Part shown: piece by piece, positions 8,735 through 16,360 of the stretch
How positions within the stretch are numbered: position 1 is the stretch's first letter
Layout of the letters: every line of letters starts with the position of its first letter
DNA from: Candidatus Methylomirabilis sp.
GTDB lineage: Bacteria; Methylomirabilota; Methylomirabilia; Methylomirabilales; Methylomirabilaceae
Length of the DNA: 16,781 bases
Assembly (NCBI GenBank): GCA_041498975.1
Contig: JBGQJI010000046.1
Location: 1 to 16,781, forward strand
Reading direction: 5' to 3'
The notes under the pieces: generated by a model
What the model was told of the DNA's origin: nothing
Seen by the model: the letters and a program-made list of their open reading frames with translations, nothing else
The model's database searches: none
Translations under genes and position numbers: made by a program

Positions 8735-8977
8735 CTATGCCTTCTCCACTTCGAAAACCCGGGCTCCGTCCTCTTCGCGGGCGCCGATGAGCTTCAGGCC
8801 GGCGCCCGCCATCACGGATTCGAAGATCGCCGCCGTGAACGGAAATCGCTCTGCGTCGAAGACGAATTCGACCCGCTCGCCGGCCTGAAGCTCCTCGGCG
8901 TGGATCCGCAACACCCGCTTCAAGTAGGTGACGATATCAGCGCCACACGCGGGGGCGCGGACGACGATGCGCTGCAT
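8735..8977 (-). CDS. Small TusA/SirA-like protein with one Cys
   Basis: 80 aa. It sits tightly between prx (16-nt gap) and copC (3-nt gap). Pattern resembles TusA: Cys near residue 11, LQAGERVEFVFD, GLKL, and terminal RVFEVEK. The CPxP motif is replaced by CGAD. Confidence 0.6.
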   Translation of the reverse strand: MQRIVVRAPACGADIVTYLKRVLRIHAEELQAGERVEFVFDAERFPFTAAIFESVMAGAGLKLIGAREEDGARVFEVEKA

Positions 8978-8993
8978 CGACCGGAGGCCGCGG

Positions 8994-9602
8994 CTAGATA
9001 TGCTTCCGCATCATGTACCAGCGGTCGGCGCCCGCCTTGGCTCGCTTGTCGGCCTCCTCGAGGGTCTGTGGCGGGGGAATGATGACATCCTGGCCGGGCT
9101 GCCAATTCACCGGGCAGGCCACCCCGTATTTGTCCACTGTCTGCAGCGCCTTCAGGCTCCGGAGGATCTCATCGATGTTCCGGCCGAACGGGATCGGGTA
9201 GTACATCGCAAATCGGACCACCCCTTCCGGATCGATGAAGAAGACGCCGCGGACGGTGAGCCCGACCTCGGGGTTGATCAGGTCGTAGAGGTTGGCCACG
9301 ACCTTCTCCGGATCGGCGACCACCGGGAACTCGATCTTGACCTTCGCCATCTCCTCCATGTGGCGGAGCCATTCGATGTGCGAGTAGATGCTGTCCACGC
9401 TCAGGCCGATGACCTCGCATCCGAGGTCCTTGAACTCCTTGTGGCGCCTGGCGAACTCGATGAACTCCGTCGTGCAAACCGGGGTGAAGTCGGCCGGATG
9501 AGCAAACAGCAGCACCCACTTGCCGCGGAACTGCGACAGGGTTATAGGGCCCTTCGTCGTGTTGGCAGTGAAATCCGGGGCCTTGGATCCGATCTTGACC
9601 AT
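8994..9602 (-). CDS. Peroxiredoxin, Prx6 subfamily
   Basis: HPADFTPVCTTE peroxidatic motif, GLSVDS, TVRGVFFIDP, GRNIDEILR, PVNWQPG. Start reassigned to ATG 9602 (MVKIGSKAPDF) with an AAAGGAGG RBS, giving 202 aa. Confidence 0.95.
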   Translation of the reverse strand: MVKIGSKAPDFTANTTKGPITLSQFRGKWVLLFAHPADFTPVCTTEFIEFARRHKEFKDLGCEVIGLSVDSIYSHIEWLRHMEEMAKVKIEFPVVADPEKVVANLYDLINPEVGLTVRGVFFIDPEGVVRFAMYYPIPFGRNIDEILRSLKALQTVDKYGVACPVNWQPGQDVIIPPPQTLEEADKRAKAGADRWYMMRKHI

Positions 9603-9780
9603 TCTTGCCTCCTTTACGGTACAGTTCGCAGAGTCTTCGGGGTTTGGCCATTCGACCCTCTTCAGATCAGTCGATCGGTTGCGAAGCCAGGATGCCGCCG
9701 ATTCATCCGGCGTTCCGACGTTCTTGAACATCCTTCTCCCAAAAAAGGAGTGTAGCTTCTTGATCCCTGGCGATGCAACG

Positions 9781-9808
9781 GTTTTTTCCTGCTGGTTTTT
9801 TCCTGCTG
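9781..9808. repeat. Tandem repeat GTTTTTTCCTGCTG x2
   Basis: Perfect adjacent 14-mers at 9781-9794 and 9795-9808 in the intergenic region upstream of prx. Confidence 0.7.
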
Positions 9809-9911
9809 ATTCGGTGAACAACAAGGTGCAGTTCCCTCTGGCCGTCGAGAAGGTCGCAAGGAAGGAGATTGTTTCGCACCCCGGAGGACCTCGAACTGTC
9901 CGATAGGATCA

Positions 9912-10778
9912 TCACATCATGCCATCTCCATGGCGCATCCTGCGGGAAAGCCAGGCCACCGTCACCAGGAGGCTGAGGAGAGCGACTGTCATCTGAGCGG
10001 GGGGATAATCGTAGTGGTTGGCAAGCACAAACCCGACCGTGCCCATCCCCACTGCGACAACAGGCGCCACAAAGAACATGGGGCGAATCTCCCGGCACAC
10101 GTGCTTCGCGACAAGGGCGGGAAGCACCAGGCATCCAAACGTGTAGAGCATCCCGGAGGACCTGATGGAGAGTCCCACAGCAAGGCCGAGGCAAGTAGAC
10201 GTGAACGCTCCCCAGCGAGCGATCTTCATGCCCACTGCCGCAGCCATCAGTGGGTCCATGGCGAAGAGAAGGACGCGCCGATGCGTGACCCAGAGGGAAA
10301 GCACGGCGAGTCCGGCGAGCATGCCGAAGGTCCAGACGTCGGCTTTCGTGGCTCCGATGATGCTTGATGAGAGCAGCCGGTGGATCTCCTCCAGCCCGTG
10401 TGGGCTCTTGGAGACAACCAAGATGGAGAGGCTCGCCGACAGCAGGAAGACCCAGCCCGTGAGCGCCTCGTGGCTCTCTTTCGTCGTTTCTCCTCCAGGG
10501 CCAGTGATCAGAGCGGCGATCACGGAGAACACCACGGCCATGGTGGACAGGAATCCATCCGAGCGAAGCCAGGAGAGGGGGCTCGTGGCCGCTAAACCAC
10601 CGATCCACATCGCCAACGCGATTCCGAGGGTGGATGCCTGCGACACGGCCGCGCCGATGAAGATCTGGTCGCGGGCCACCACGAGCACGCCGACGAGTGA
10701 GAGGAGAAGGCCGATCAGCCAACCGGCGAGATAGGTGTTGTGAAACAGCGTCCAGGAAGAGAGGAAGCTCTCGATCAT
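9912..10778 (-). CDS. Zn/Mn-type ABC transporter permease (ZnuB-like)
   Basis: Highly hydrophobic. GVLVVARDQIFIGAAVSQAS, MDPLMAAAVG, GMLYTFGCLVLPA and DYPPAQ fit the ABC-3 permease pattern. ATG 10778 overlaps the ATPase stop (ATGA) with a GGAGG RBS. Confidence 0.9.
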   Translation of the reverse strand: MIESFLSSWTLFHNTYLAGWLIGLLLSLVGVLVVARDQIFIGAAVSQASTLGIALAMWIGGLAATSPLSWLRSDGFLSTMAVVFSVIAALITGPGGETTKESHEALTGWVFLLSASLSILVVSKSPHGLEEIHRLLSSSIIGATKADVWTFGMLAGLAVLSLWVTHRRVLLFAMDPLMAAAVGMKIARWGAFTSTCLGLAVGLSIRSSGMLYTFGCLVLPALVAKHVCREIRPMFFVAPVVAVGMGTVGFVLANHYDYPPAQMTVALLSLLVTVAWLSRRMRHGDGMM

Positions 10779-11545
10779 CGGTTTCCTCCCGGCGGACAGA
10801 CCCGAACCGCGACCGAGCCCGACGGGTCGCAAGACACCTCCACCCCGACTCCGTAGACCCGTTCGAGCGAGTCCACGTTCAGCATCTCATCGCGCGGACC
10901 GAACTCGACGCCCTTTGAATGAAAGAGAGCGACATGCGTGGCGTAGCGCGCTGCGATCGCGATATCGTGCGTCACAAAAAGCAGGGTCAGATGCTCCGCC
11001 AGGTTCAGGTTGGCGAGAAACCGCAGGAACAAGTCCTCCGTGGAGAGGTCGAGGCCGTTCGTGGGCTCGTCCAGGATCAAGAGCTTGGGCCGTCGCACGA
11101 GGGCCCGGGCCACCAGCGCGCGTTGCCGTTGGCCGCCGGAGAGGGACCAGTAATCCCGTCCCGCCATCCCTTCCAGGCCGACCCTGGCAAGCGCCCACTC
11201 CAGACGTTCCGACTCTTCCTTCCTGGTTGCCCGAATGCCGACGAGCCCCAACACGACGAACTCCCGGACCGTGGTAGGAAGCGACGGATTCATGTCGCAA
11301 CGCTGGGGAACAAAACCGATCTGCTCAAGGCGCGCAAGGTCCGGGTGGAGCGACAAGCGGCCAGCCTGGGGTCGAAGCATCCCCAGGATGGCCCGGATCA
11401 GGGTGGTCTTTCCCGAGCCGTTCGGCCCGAGAAAGAAACAGAACTCTCCCTGTCGCAGCTCATAGTTGATGTTCTCAAGGACGATCCTTCGATCATAGGA
11501 CAGAGACAGTTGGGTCGTCTTTATGACAACATCGGTGTTCTCCAT
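10775..11545 (-). CDS. Zn/Mn-type ABC transporter ATPase (ZnuC-like)
   Basis: Walker A GPNGSGKT, IGFVPQ, signature LSGGQRQR, Walker B LLILDEP, and VTHD. Start at ATG 11545 with a GAGGAG RBS. Confidence 0.93.
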   Translation of the reverse strand: MENTDVVIKTTQLSLSYDRRIVLENINYELRQGEFCFFLGPNGSGKTTLIRAILGMLRPQAGRLSLHPDLARLEQIGFVPQRCDMNPSLPTTVREFVVLGLVGIRATRKEESERLEWALARVGLEGMAGRDYWSLSGGQRQRALVARALVRRPKLLILDEPTNGLDLSTEDLFLRFLANLNLAEHLTLLFVTHDIAIAARYATHVALFHSKGVEFGPRDEMLNVDSLERVYGVGVEVSCDPSGSVAVRVCPPGGNR

Positions 11546-11650
11546 ACTCCTCTCAGTCCTGGCAGTGCGCTCAGGTGAAGGACGCGGCCGGGCCGTCGTG
11601 AACTGCAACCGCGCAATGGAAAGAATCGGTGACGGGGTGTGGCCTCTGCC

Positions 11651-12709
11651 TCACCGCCTCAACGCAGTCGCAACCTGCCGGATATCGTAATCAATCATGG
11701 ACAGGTAGTCATCGCTGCCTTCCCGTGCGCCTACCTGATGGGCCAGGTTGACAACTCTTGCGCTTGTATTCTCCGAGATGAATCGCGCATGCCGAGGGTC
11801 ATAGTAGGGAGCCGCGAGGACAACCATGACCCCTTCGGCCCTTATCCTCTCCACCAGCGCGCGAAGGTGACTGGTTGTCGGAGGGATCCCCGGCTTCGGC
11901 TCCATGTGACCGATCACCTCGATCCCGAAACGGCGAGCGTAATAGGGCCACATATTATGGTCATCCACCACCTTGGCTCCACGATAGGGTAACATCGAAC
12001 CCAGCCATCCGCCAAGAAGCGACTCCTCCCTCTGTTCCTTTAAGAAGGGGCCGAGCCTGCCGCGCTCAAAGAGGATGGCCAGCTTCTCGATATCGTACTT
12101 CTTGGCGAGCCTCTCGCCGACTAGTGCCGTGCCCAGTCGCTGGCTGAAGGAGGCGTAGCGATCCTCGAAGTATGCCTTCCTCTCCGGCCGGAGTTCGATC
12201 AGTTTGTCACGGATCAACCGGGCCACCTTGAGCCCATTCAGAGGGTCTAACAGGTAGTGTGGATTCCCCAAGGGGTGGACATCCCCCATAGAACGATCCA
12301 CCGGCCCGGTGGGAACCTCGAGGGGGGAGATCACCCTGGAAGCGTCAAGGTAACCGGGAGCGCCGGGTAAGATCGTGCCGTTCCTGGCATTCTGCAGGAG
12401 GACCGGCGCCCAGCCGATTTCCAAATCCATTCCCACCTGGACGTAGAGATTACACTGGCTCAACACCTTGATAAAGCTGGGCTTGGCCTCGACGAAGTGT
12501 GCATCTTCCGGCCCCTTGGCGAAGATTATGATCGTGACCTGGTCACCACCCACCTCGCGAGTGAGACTCCCCAAGTCGGGAACCGTCGCGCAGACCTGAA
12601 TCGGCTTGGTACCCCCCTGAGCAGAGACGGTGGGGGTGACGAGCCCCATGGGTGCCAGCAAGAACGCGAACGCCGCCATCCTGCAACTTCGGCCCATTAT
12701 GTGCAACAT
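11651..12709 (-). CDS. Metal ABC transporter substrate-binding protein (ZnuA/TroA, cluster A-I)
   Basis: Signal peptide, EDAHFVEAKPS, GMDLEIGW, GDVHPLGNPHYLLDP, DHNMWPY, EPKPGIPPT. Start at ATG 12709 with an AAAGGAG RBS. Confidence 0.92.
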   Translation of the reverse strand: MLHIMGRSCRMAAFAFLLAPMGLVTPTVSAQGGTKPIQVCATVPDLGSLTREVGGDQVTIIIFAKGPEDAHFVEAKPSFIKVLSQCNLYVQVGMDLEIGWAPVLLQNARNGTILPGAPGYLDASRVISPLEVPTGPVDRSMGDVHPLGNPHYLLDPLNGLKVARLIRDKLIELRPERKAYFEDRYASFSQRLGTALVGERLAKKYDIEKLAILFERGRLGPFLKEQREESLLGGWLGSMLPYRGAKVVDDHNMWPYYARRFGIEVIGHMEPKPGIPPTTSHLRALVERIRAEGVMVVLAAPYYDPRHARFISENTSARVVNLAHQVGAREGSDDYLSMIDYDIRQVATALRR

Positions 12710-12725
12710 CCGAGTCTCCTTTCGT

Positions 12726-14225
12726 TTAGTACTTGTGAGCAGGATGAGCGCCGTAGAGGAATTCGACTCCCAGCCAGACGGAATGGGCGTCCTTGTGTTC
12801 GAGGTGCTCCGCCCGATCGTAGTTGTATTGCAGGCGGATCCGGGAGAACTCGGACGGATGCCAGACAAGGAGCGGCGAGATGCGATGACGGTCGTCTCGG
12901 AATGGGTCCGCGTCCCTCCCATTAAAGGTCAGCACGCTCGCCCCACTCCCGCTGGCATACTCGTACCGCAGCCCGCCGGCCCAGCCATAGGTGAACCCGT
13001 ACAATGCCTGGGTGTAGAACCCCCAATCCCGTAGGGTGGTACGCGGCAGGTCGATGACGTTGGCCGGATCGCTCTCGCTGAGGAAGCGATCCGCCGTATA
13101 GTCCCGCCGCATGATCTCCGACTCCCAGAGGAAGAAAGGCCACCCCCGGAAGTTGTTCGCTGGACGCCACCTCACCTTGAGGTCCGCGCCGTAGATGCGG
13201 GTGTCACCGTCCGGTCCCGTGGCATTCGGGCCGAAGAGCCCCGAGAAGCCAAGTTTGGCGCCCAGCTCATCGCTCAGATTCCAGAAGTTCTCCCAGCGGA
13301 CGGAGTAAAGGAGATCCTTCAGGCTGCTGACGTCGCGCTTGACGAACGGTCGCCCACCGATCGGTCGCTCCCCAAAGAACTCCTCGTTTGCAAGAAAACT
13401 CGACGCGGTCTCGCCATTCGCGTTCTGCACGCCGACGTAAAGTTCAGAGAACCAGGGCAGGGGCGTGAGCCAACCCAATCGAACGCCGGCCTGTCGCAGG
13501 CCGTCCGGACCGAAGAGCCGCGTGTTGATGACCGGCTGATCCAACCAGTGCCATGCATGCGGGTGGACTGGATTGATCAGCCCGAACTCGGTGAAATAGA
13601 ACCCACCCTTCAACTGGACTCCGTAGGGAAGTGACTGGGTGGTCAGGAATGCCTCCTCCATTTCGACTCTCGTGTCACCGACAGCAGGGTCGATGAGGTA
13701 AATGATATGGGCCTCGCCCGTGAAGTAGGGGTCCACAGCGCCCGAGAACGACAGCTCGACCTGTTGGACGGTAAAGCCACGCTTACGCGGATCGTGGTCG
13801 GCTCCTTCAAGGTTCTGGAGTGACGAGTCGCGTTCAGTGGAGGTGCCAGCGGCGAACAGGGCATCCAGGGAGATGTCGATGAGCCGGAATGTGGTCCCCC
13901 CGATCTGACGGGAAAAGAGCTCGGTTGCCACAGGCTGCGGCCCAGGCGGCCCTGTCTCCTTTAATGCTTTGTCGAGGGCGGATTCCGGCGCCGTGGGCTT
14001 TTCCGCGGCAACGGGTTGAGATCCGATGGCCTGAATTCGCCGCTGCAGTTCGTCGAGCTTCCTCTGTTTTTCGGCGTCGCTCCGCCGAAGCTCTTCGATC
14101 TCCTTCTTCAGGGCCTCGAGTTCGGAGTTTTTGGCCTGGGCCAGCGCGCTGTCCACGTGAATGGTCATTGTGGCGAGAACGGTGAACACGATCAGGCCCC
14201 ACTGTCTAGCGTAGGGGAATGGCAT
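12726..14225 (-). CDS. His-rich putative outer-membrane beta-barrel metal uptake protein
   Basis: Signal peptide, coiled coil, Pro-rich linker, then amphipathic beta-strands. Motifs ELSFSGAVDPYF, EEAFL, FGLINPVHPHAW, PSEFSRIRLQY and C-terminal GAHPAHKY resemble proteins annotated as zinc-regulated outer-membrane receptors next to znuABC (recalled, not searched). GGGAGG RBS. Confidence 0.8.
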   Translation of the reverse strand: MPFPYARQWGLIVFTVLATMTIHVDSALAQAKNSELEALKKEIEELRRSDAEKQRKLDELQRRIQAIGSQPVAAEKPTAPESALDKALKETGPPGPQPVATELFSRQIGGTTFRLIDISLDALFAAGTSTERDSSLQNLEGADHDPRKRGFTVQQVELSFSGAVDPYFTGEAHIIYLIDPAVGDTRVEMEEAFLTTQSLPYGVQLKGGFYFTEFGLINPVHPHAWHWLDQPVINTRLFGPDGLRQAGVRLGWLTPLPWFSELYVGVQNANGETASSFLANEEFFGERPIGGRPFVKRDVSSLKDLLYSVRWENFWNLSDELGAKLGFSGLFGPNATGPDGDTRIYGADLKVRWRPANNFRGWPFFLWESEIMRRDYTADRFLSESDPANVIDLPRTTLRDWGFYTQALYGFTYGWAGGLRYEYASGSGASVLTFNGRDADPFRDDRHRISPLLVWHPSEFSRIRLQYNYDRAEHLEHKDAHSVWLGVEFLYGAHPAHKY

Positions 14226-14368
14226 TGATTGTCCCTCCCTGTGTGCGAAGATACTTGTCGCGCTACGAGAGAACTGCGCGGCTAGGAGAAGGAGAAGTGA
14301 GTCGGTCTCCGGCCTTCGAAGACGAATACGAGACCGGTTACCGACCGGCGGCTAGCTTGACGCGGATG

Positions 14369-14755
14369 CTAGAGGAGAATCGGTGGGGCGCGGCTGTGGA
14401 ACGATCCGAGCTCTGTGACGCTGGCGAGTGCAACGAACGAGAGAACTCGGAACTCATAGTCGAAGAAGAAACCGAGCAGAAGAGCGAGGAGGAGGCCGGT
14501 GGAGGCGACCTGCTGCCAGAAATGGATCGGGCAGAACCCTTGGGGTTCCGGCCGAGGCTTGGCGCCGGTGCCCTGAGCATCAGTGATCGGGGTCGAACTG
14601 GGAAGCAGGGGTCGAAAGAGGCCACCGAGAGAACCGGCATCACCATGATCATGCGGGTCGGGGACCAGGAGCAAGAATGCGATCGCGAAGAGCACGAGGA
14701 CCGCTGCCCCATGCTTTGTCTCGATGCCTGTCTTTCTACGCTCGCGCAAATCCAC
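14369..14755 (-). CDS. DUF2946/CruR/CutF-like leader ORF with C-terminal RAPP motif
   Basis: 128 aa, GTG start. N-terminal hydrophobic segment, HDH (14645-14653), CPIH (14522-14533), a second hydrophobic stretch, and terminal HSRAPPILL (RAPP at 14381-14392). Directly upstream of the outer-membrane metal uptake gene. Confidence 0.75.
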   Translation of the reverse strand: MDLRERRKTGIETKHGAAVLVLFAIAFLLLVPDPHDHGDAGSLGGLFRPLLPSSTPITDAQGTGAKPRPEPQGFCPIHFWQQVASTGLLLALLLGFFFDYEFRVLSFVALASVTELGSFHSRAPPILL

Positions 14756-14831
14756 CTGCTTTCACCATAAGAGTGGATCGAATTGCAGAAACTGCCATCA
14801 TCGTTGCACCCTCACCACCGTGAATGAGATC

Positions 14832-15977
14832 CTACCAAGGCCGTCCCACCCTGTCCAGGGGAAACTTCCCACCTTGCTGTTTTCCAGCCAGCGACCAGCG
14901 AGGCGTGGTCATCCCCTGCACGGGCTGGTGGGTCGCATGCTGTTCAAGGTGTTGGTGGGAGCGGATATGGCGGGCCGGCGGGAGCTGGGTGAGCAGCGCC
15001 GTGCAGGCCAGCGCCCCGACGGCCACAAGCCACTCCAACCGCACAGACCTGAAGAACTGCTGTTGAATCTTCTCCTCGTCTTTGCTCCCCTTGTCCGTCG
15101 GCAGGGTGCCGGCGAGCCGGCCGATCGTCCTGACGATCAGCCGGTCACGGGCGAACGAGCTGCCTCCCAACCGGGAGAGGAAATAGTAGCGGTTGAGCGC
15201 CGCGATCATCAACACCAGCAGCACAAGCGAGAGTTTGACGAGGAGCGTCCACCCGTACGAGGTGGTGAAGAGGGGCCAGATGGACGTCACCTGTATCCAG
15301 GCATTGTAGCACCCCGCCGCAAGAAAGCCTGCCGCGCAGCAGGCCGCCATCCTGGAGAACCGCAGCGCGATCGAAGCCAAGCCCTGCACTTTCTCCCCGC
15401 TGCCAGGGGGCCCCAGCGAGCCGCGAAGCACGAACCCAAGCGTGAAAAGGCCGCCGGTCCAGGCGGAGACCGCCAGCAGATGGAACCAGTCTACCAGGAC
15501 CGGCACTGTCAGATCTCCCCAGTCTGCTGCATGGCCTGTGAGACTTGTCGTCAGGGCGACAAGGGTGGCCCCAACGAGGGATGCCCCAGCGGACCAGTGG
15601 AGGCGTGGCGTTCCTCCCCGCCTGAGCAGCCACGACCCGCCGAGCAACCCGATCAGGCTGATCCGAACGATCCACACGGTCCCAAAGTGGGTCTGGCTGA
15701 GCACCGCCGGGAGGGCAGTGCCCAGATCGGCCAGGGTCCCTTCGCTCATCATCAATGTCCTCAGGAGCAGGTCCCCGAGGCTCGCCAGGGCCACGAGCAC
15801 GATCGAGCCGGCCTCTGCGCGTCGAAGGCGTCCTTCAAAGCTCTCGATCTCCTGGCGCGAGAGAAGGGCTGGCCGGACGACCAGGCAACGAAATGCCAGT
15901 CCGCCGACCAGCGTCGTGAGGCCGACGAAGTCCAGCCATCGTAGAAAGGTCTGAAGAAGCATCTCGGAAACGCTCAT
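14832..15977 (-). CDS. copD: CopD-family inner-membrane copper protein with a His-rich tail
   Basis: About 8 TM helices. THFGTVW, SLTGHAA, DWFHLLAVSAWTGGL, RFSRMA, TSYGWTLLVKL, AALNR. ATGA overlap with copC. Confidence 0.92.
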   Translation of the reverse strand: MSVSEMLLQTFLRWLDFVGLTTLVGGLAFRCLVVRPALLSRQEIESFEGRLRRAEAGSIVLVALASLGDLLLRTLMMSEGTLADLGTALPAVLSQTHFGTVWIVRISLIGLLGGSWLLRRGGTPRLHWSAGASLVGATLVALTTSLTGHAADWGDLTVPVLVDWFHLLAVSAWTGGLFTLGFVLRGSLGPPGSGEKVQGLASIALRFSRMAACCAAGFLAAGCYNAWIQVTSIWPLFTTSYGWTLLVKLSLVLLVLMIAALNRYYFLSRLGGSSFARDRLIVRTIGRLAGTLPTDKGSKDEEKIQQQFFRSVRLEWLVAVGALACTALLTQLPPARHIRSHQHLEQHATHQPVQGMTTPRWSLAGKQQGGKFPLDRVGRPW

Positions 15978-16360
15978 GGACGCAGCTCAATGGTGAACGG
16001 AAAATCGCCCTCCGTGCGGTGGCCGTCTCGGGCGATGACACTCCAGAAGACTCGATATTTTCCAGGTGGAAGCGCTGGCACGCTGACCTCGAGGATGGTG
16101 TTGTCCGACGGGTTGACCCGCCCGTCTTGCTTATCCACCCGTTGCTTGTCGGCGTTCACCACCTTGATCGTGCTGAAGACGGGCTCCAGCGCTCCATCAA
16201 ACCAGATCCTCACCTGGGCGGGGGCCGTGGGCAAGGTCCACCCCACCCGAGGCTCCGAATGGTCGGGGAATGCATGGCCCCAGGCGGACGCGGCCACAAG
16301 GAGCAGTGCGAGCCCCAGTGCGGCCGGTCCGCGCAAGGACCGCTCCTGCAAATCGTTCAT
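15974..16360 (-). CDS. copC: CopC-family periplasmic copper-binding protein
   Basis: Signal peptide ending AWG, mature N-terminal HAFPDHSEP, C-terminal WSVIARDGH. Translationally coupled to copD. Confidence 0.93.
   Translation of the reverse strand: MNDLQERSLRGPAALGLALLLVAASAWGHAFPDHSEPRVGWTLPTAPAQVRIWFDGALEPVFSTIKVVNADKQRVDKQDGRVNPSDNTILEVSVPALPPGKYRVFWSVIARDGHRTEGDFPFTIELRP

Noticed and set aside
8192..9755. Long plus-strand ORFs (296 aa and 275 aa)
   Set aside because: Antisense to copC, the TusA-like gene and prx.
9603..9824. 74-aa N-terminal extension of the peroxiredoxin
   Set aside because: A strong RBS precedes ATG 9602 and the family-like sequence starts there. The same reasoning was used to trim the tracked starts at 2523, 4600, 10832, 11608 and 12922.
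9703..10722. 339-aa minus-strand alternative-frame ORF
   Set aside because: Out-of-frame overlap with the well-supported permease; low-complexity Arg-rich sequence.
14338..14712. Ser-rich 124-aa ORF and plus-strand 183-aa ORF overlapping the leader
   Set aside because: The 14369-14755 frame has a coherent TM / metal motif / RAPP architecture; these alternatives have none.
14783..14797. TGGCAG...TGCA on the minus strand as a sigma-54 promoter
   Set aside because: GG-to-GC spacing is 8 nt rather than the required 10.
14724..15944. 406-aa plus-strand ORF
   Set aside because: Antisense to copD; Arg/Pro/Gly-rich with no motifs, typical of high-GC shadow ORFs.
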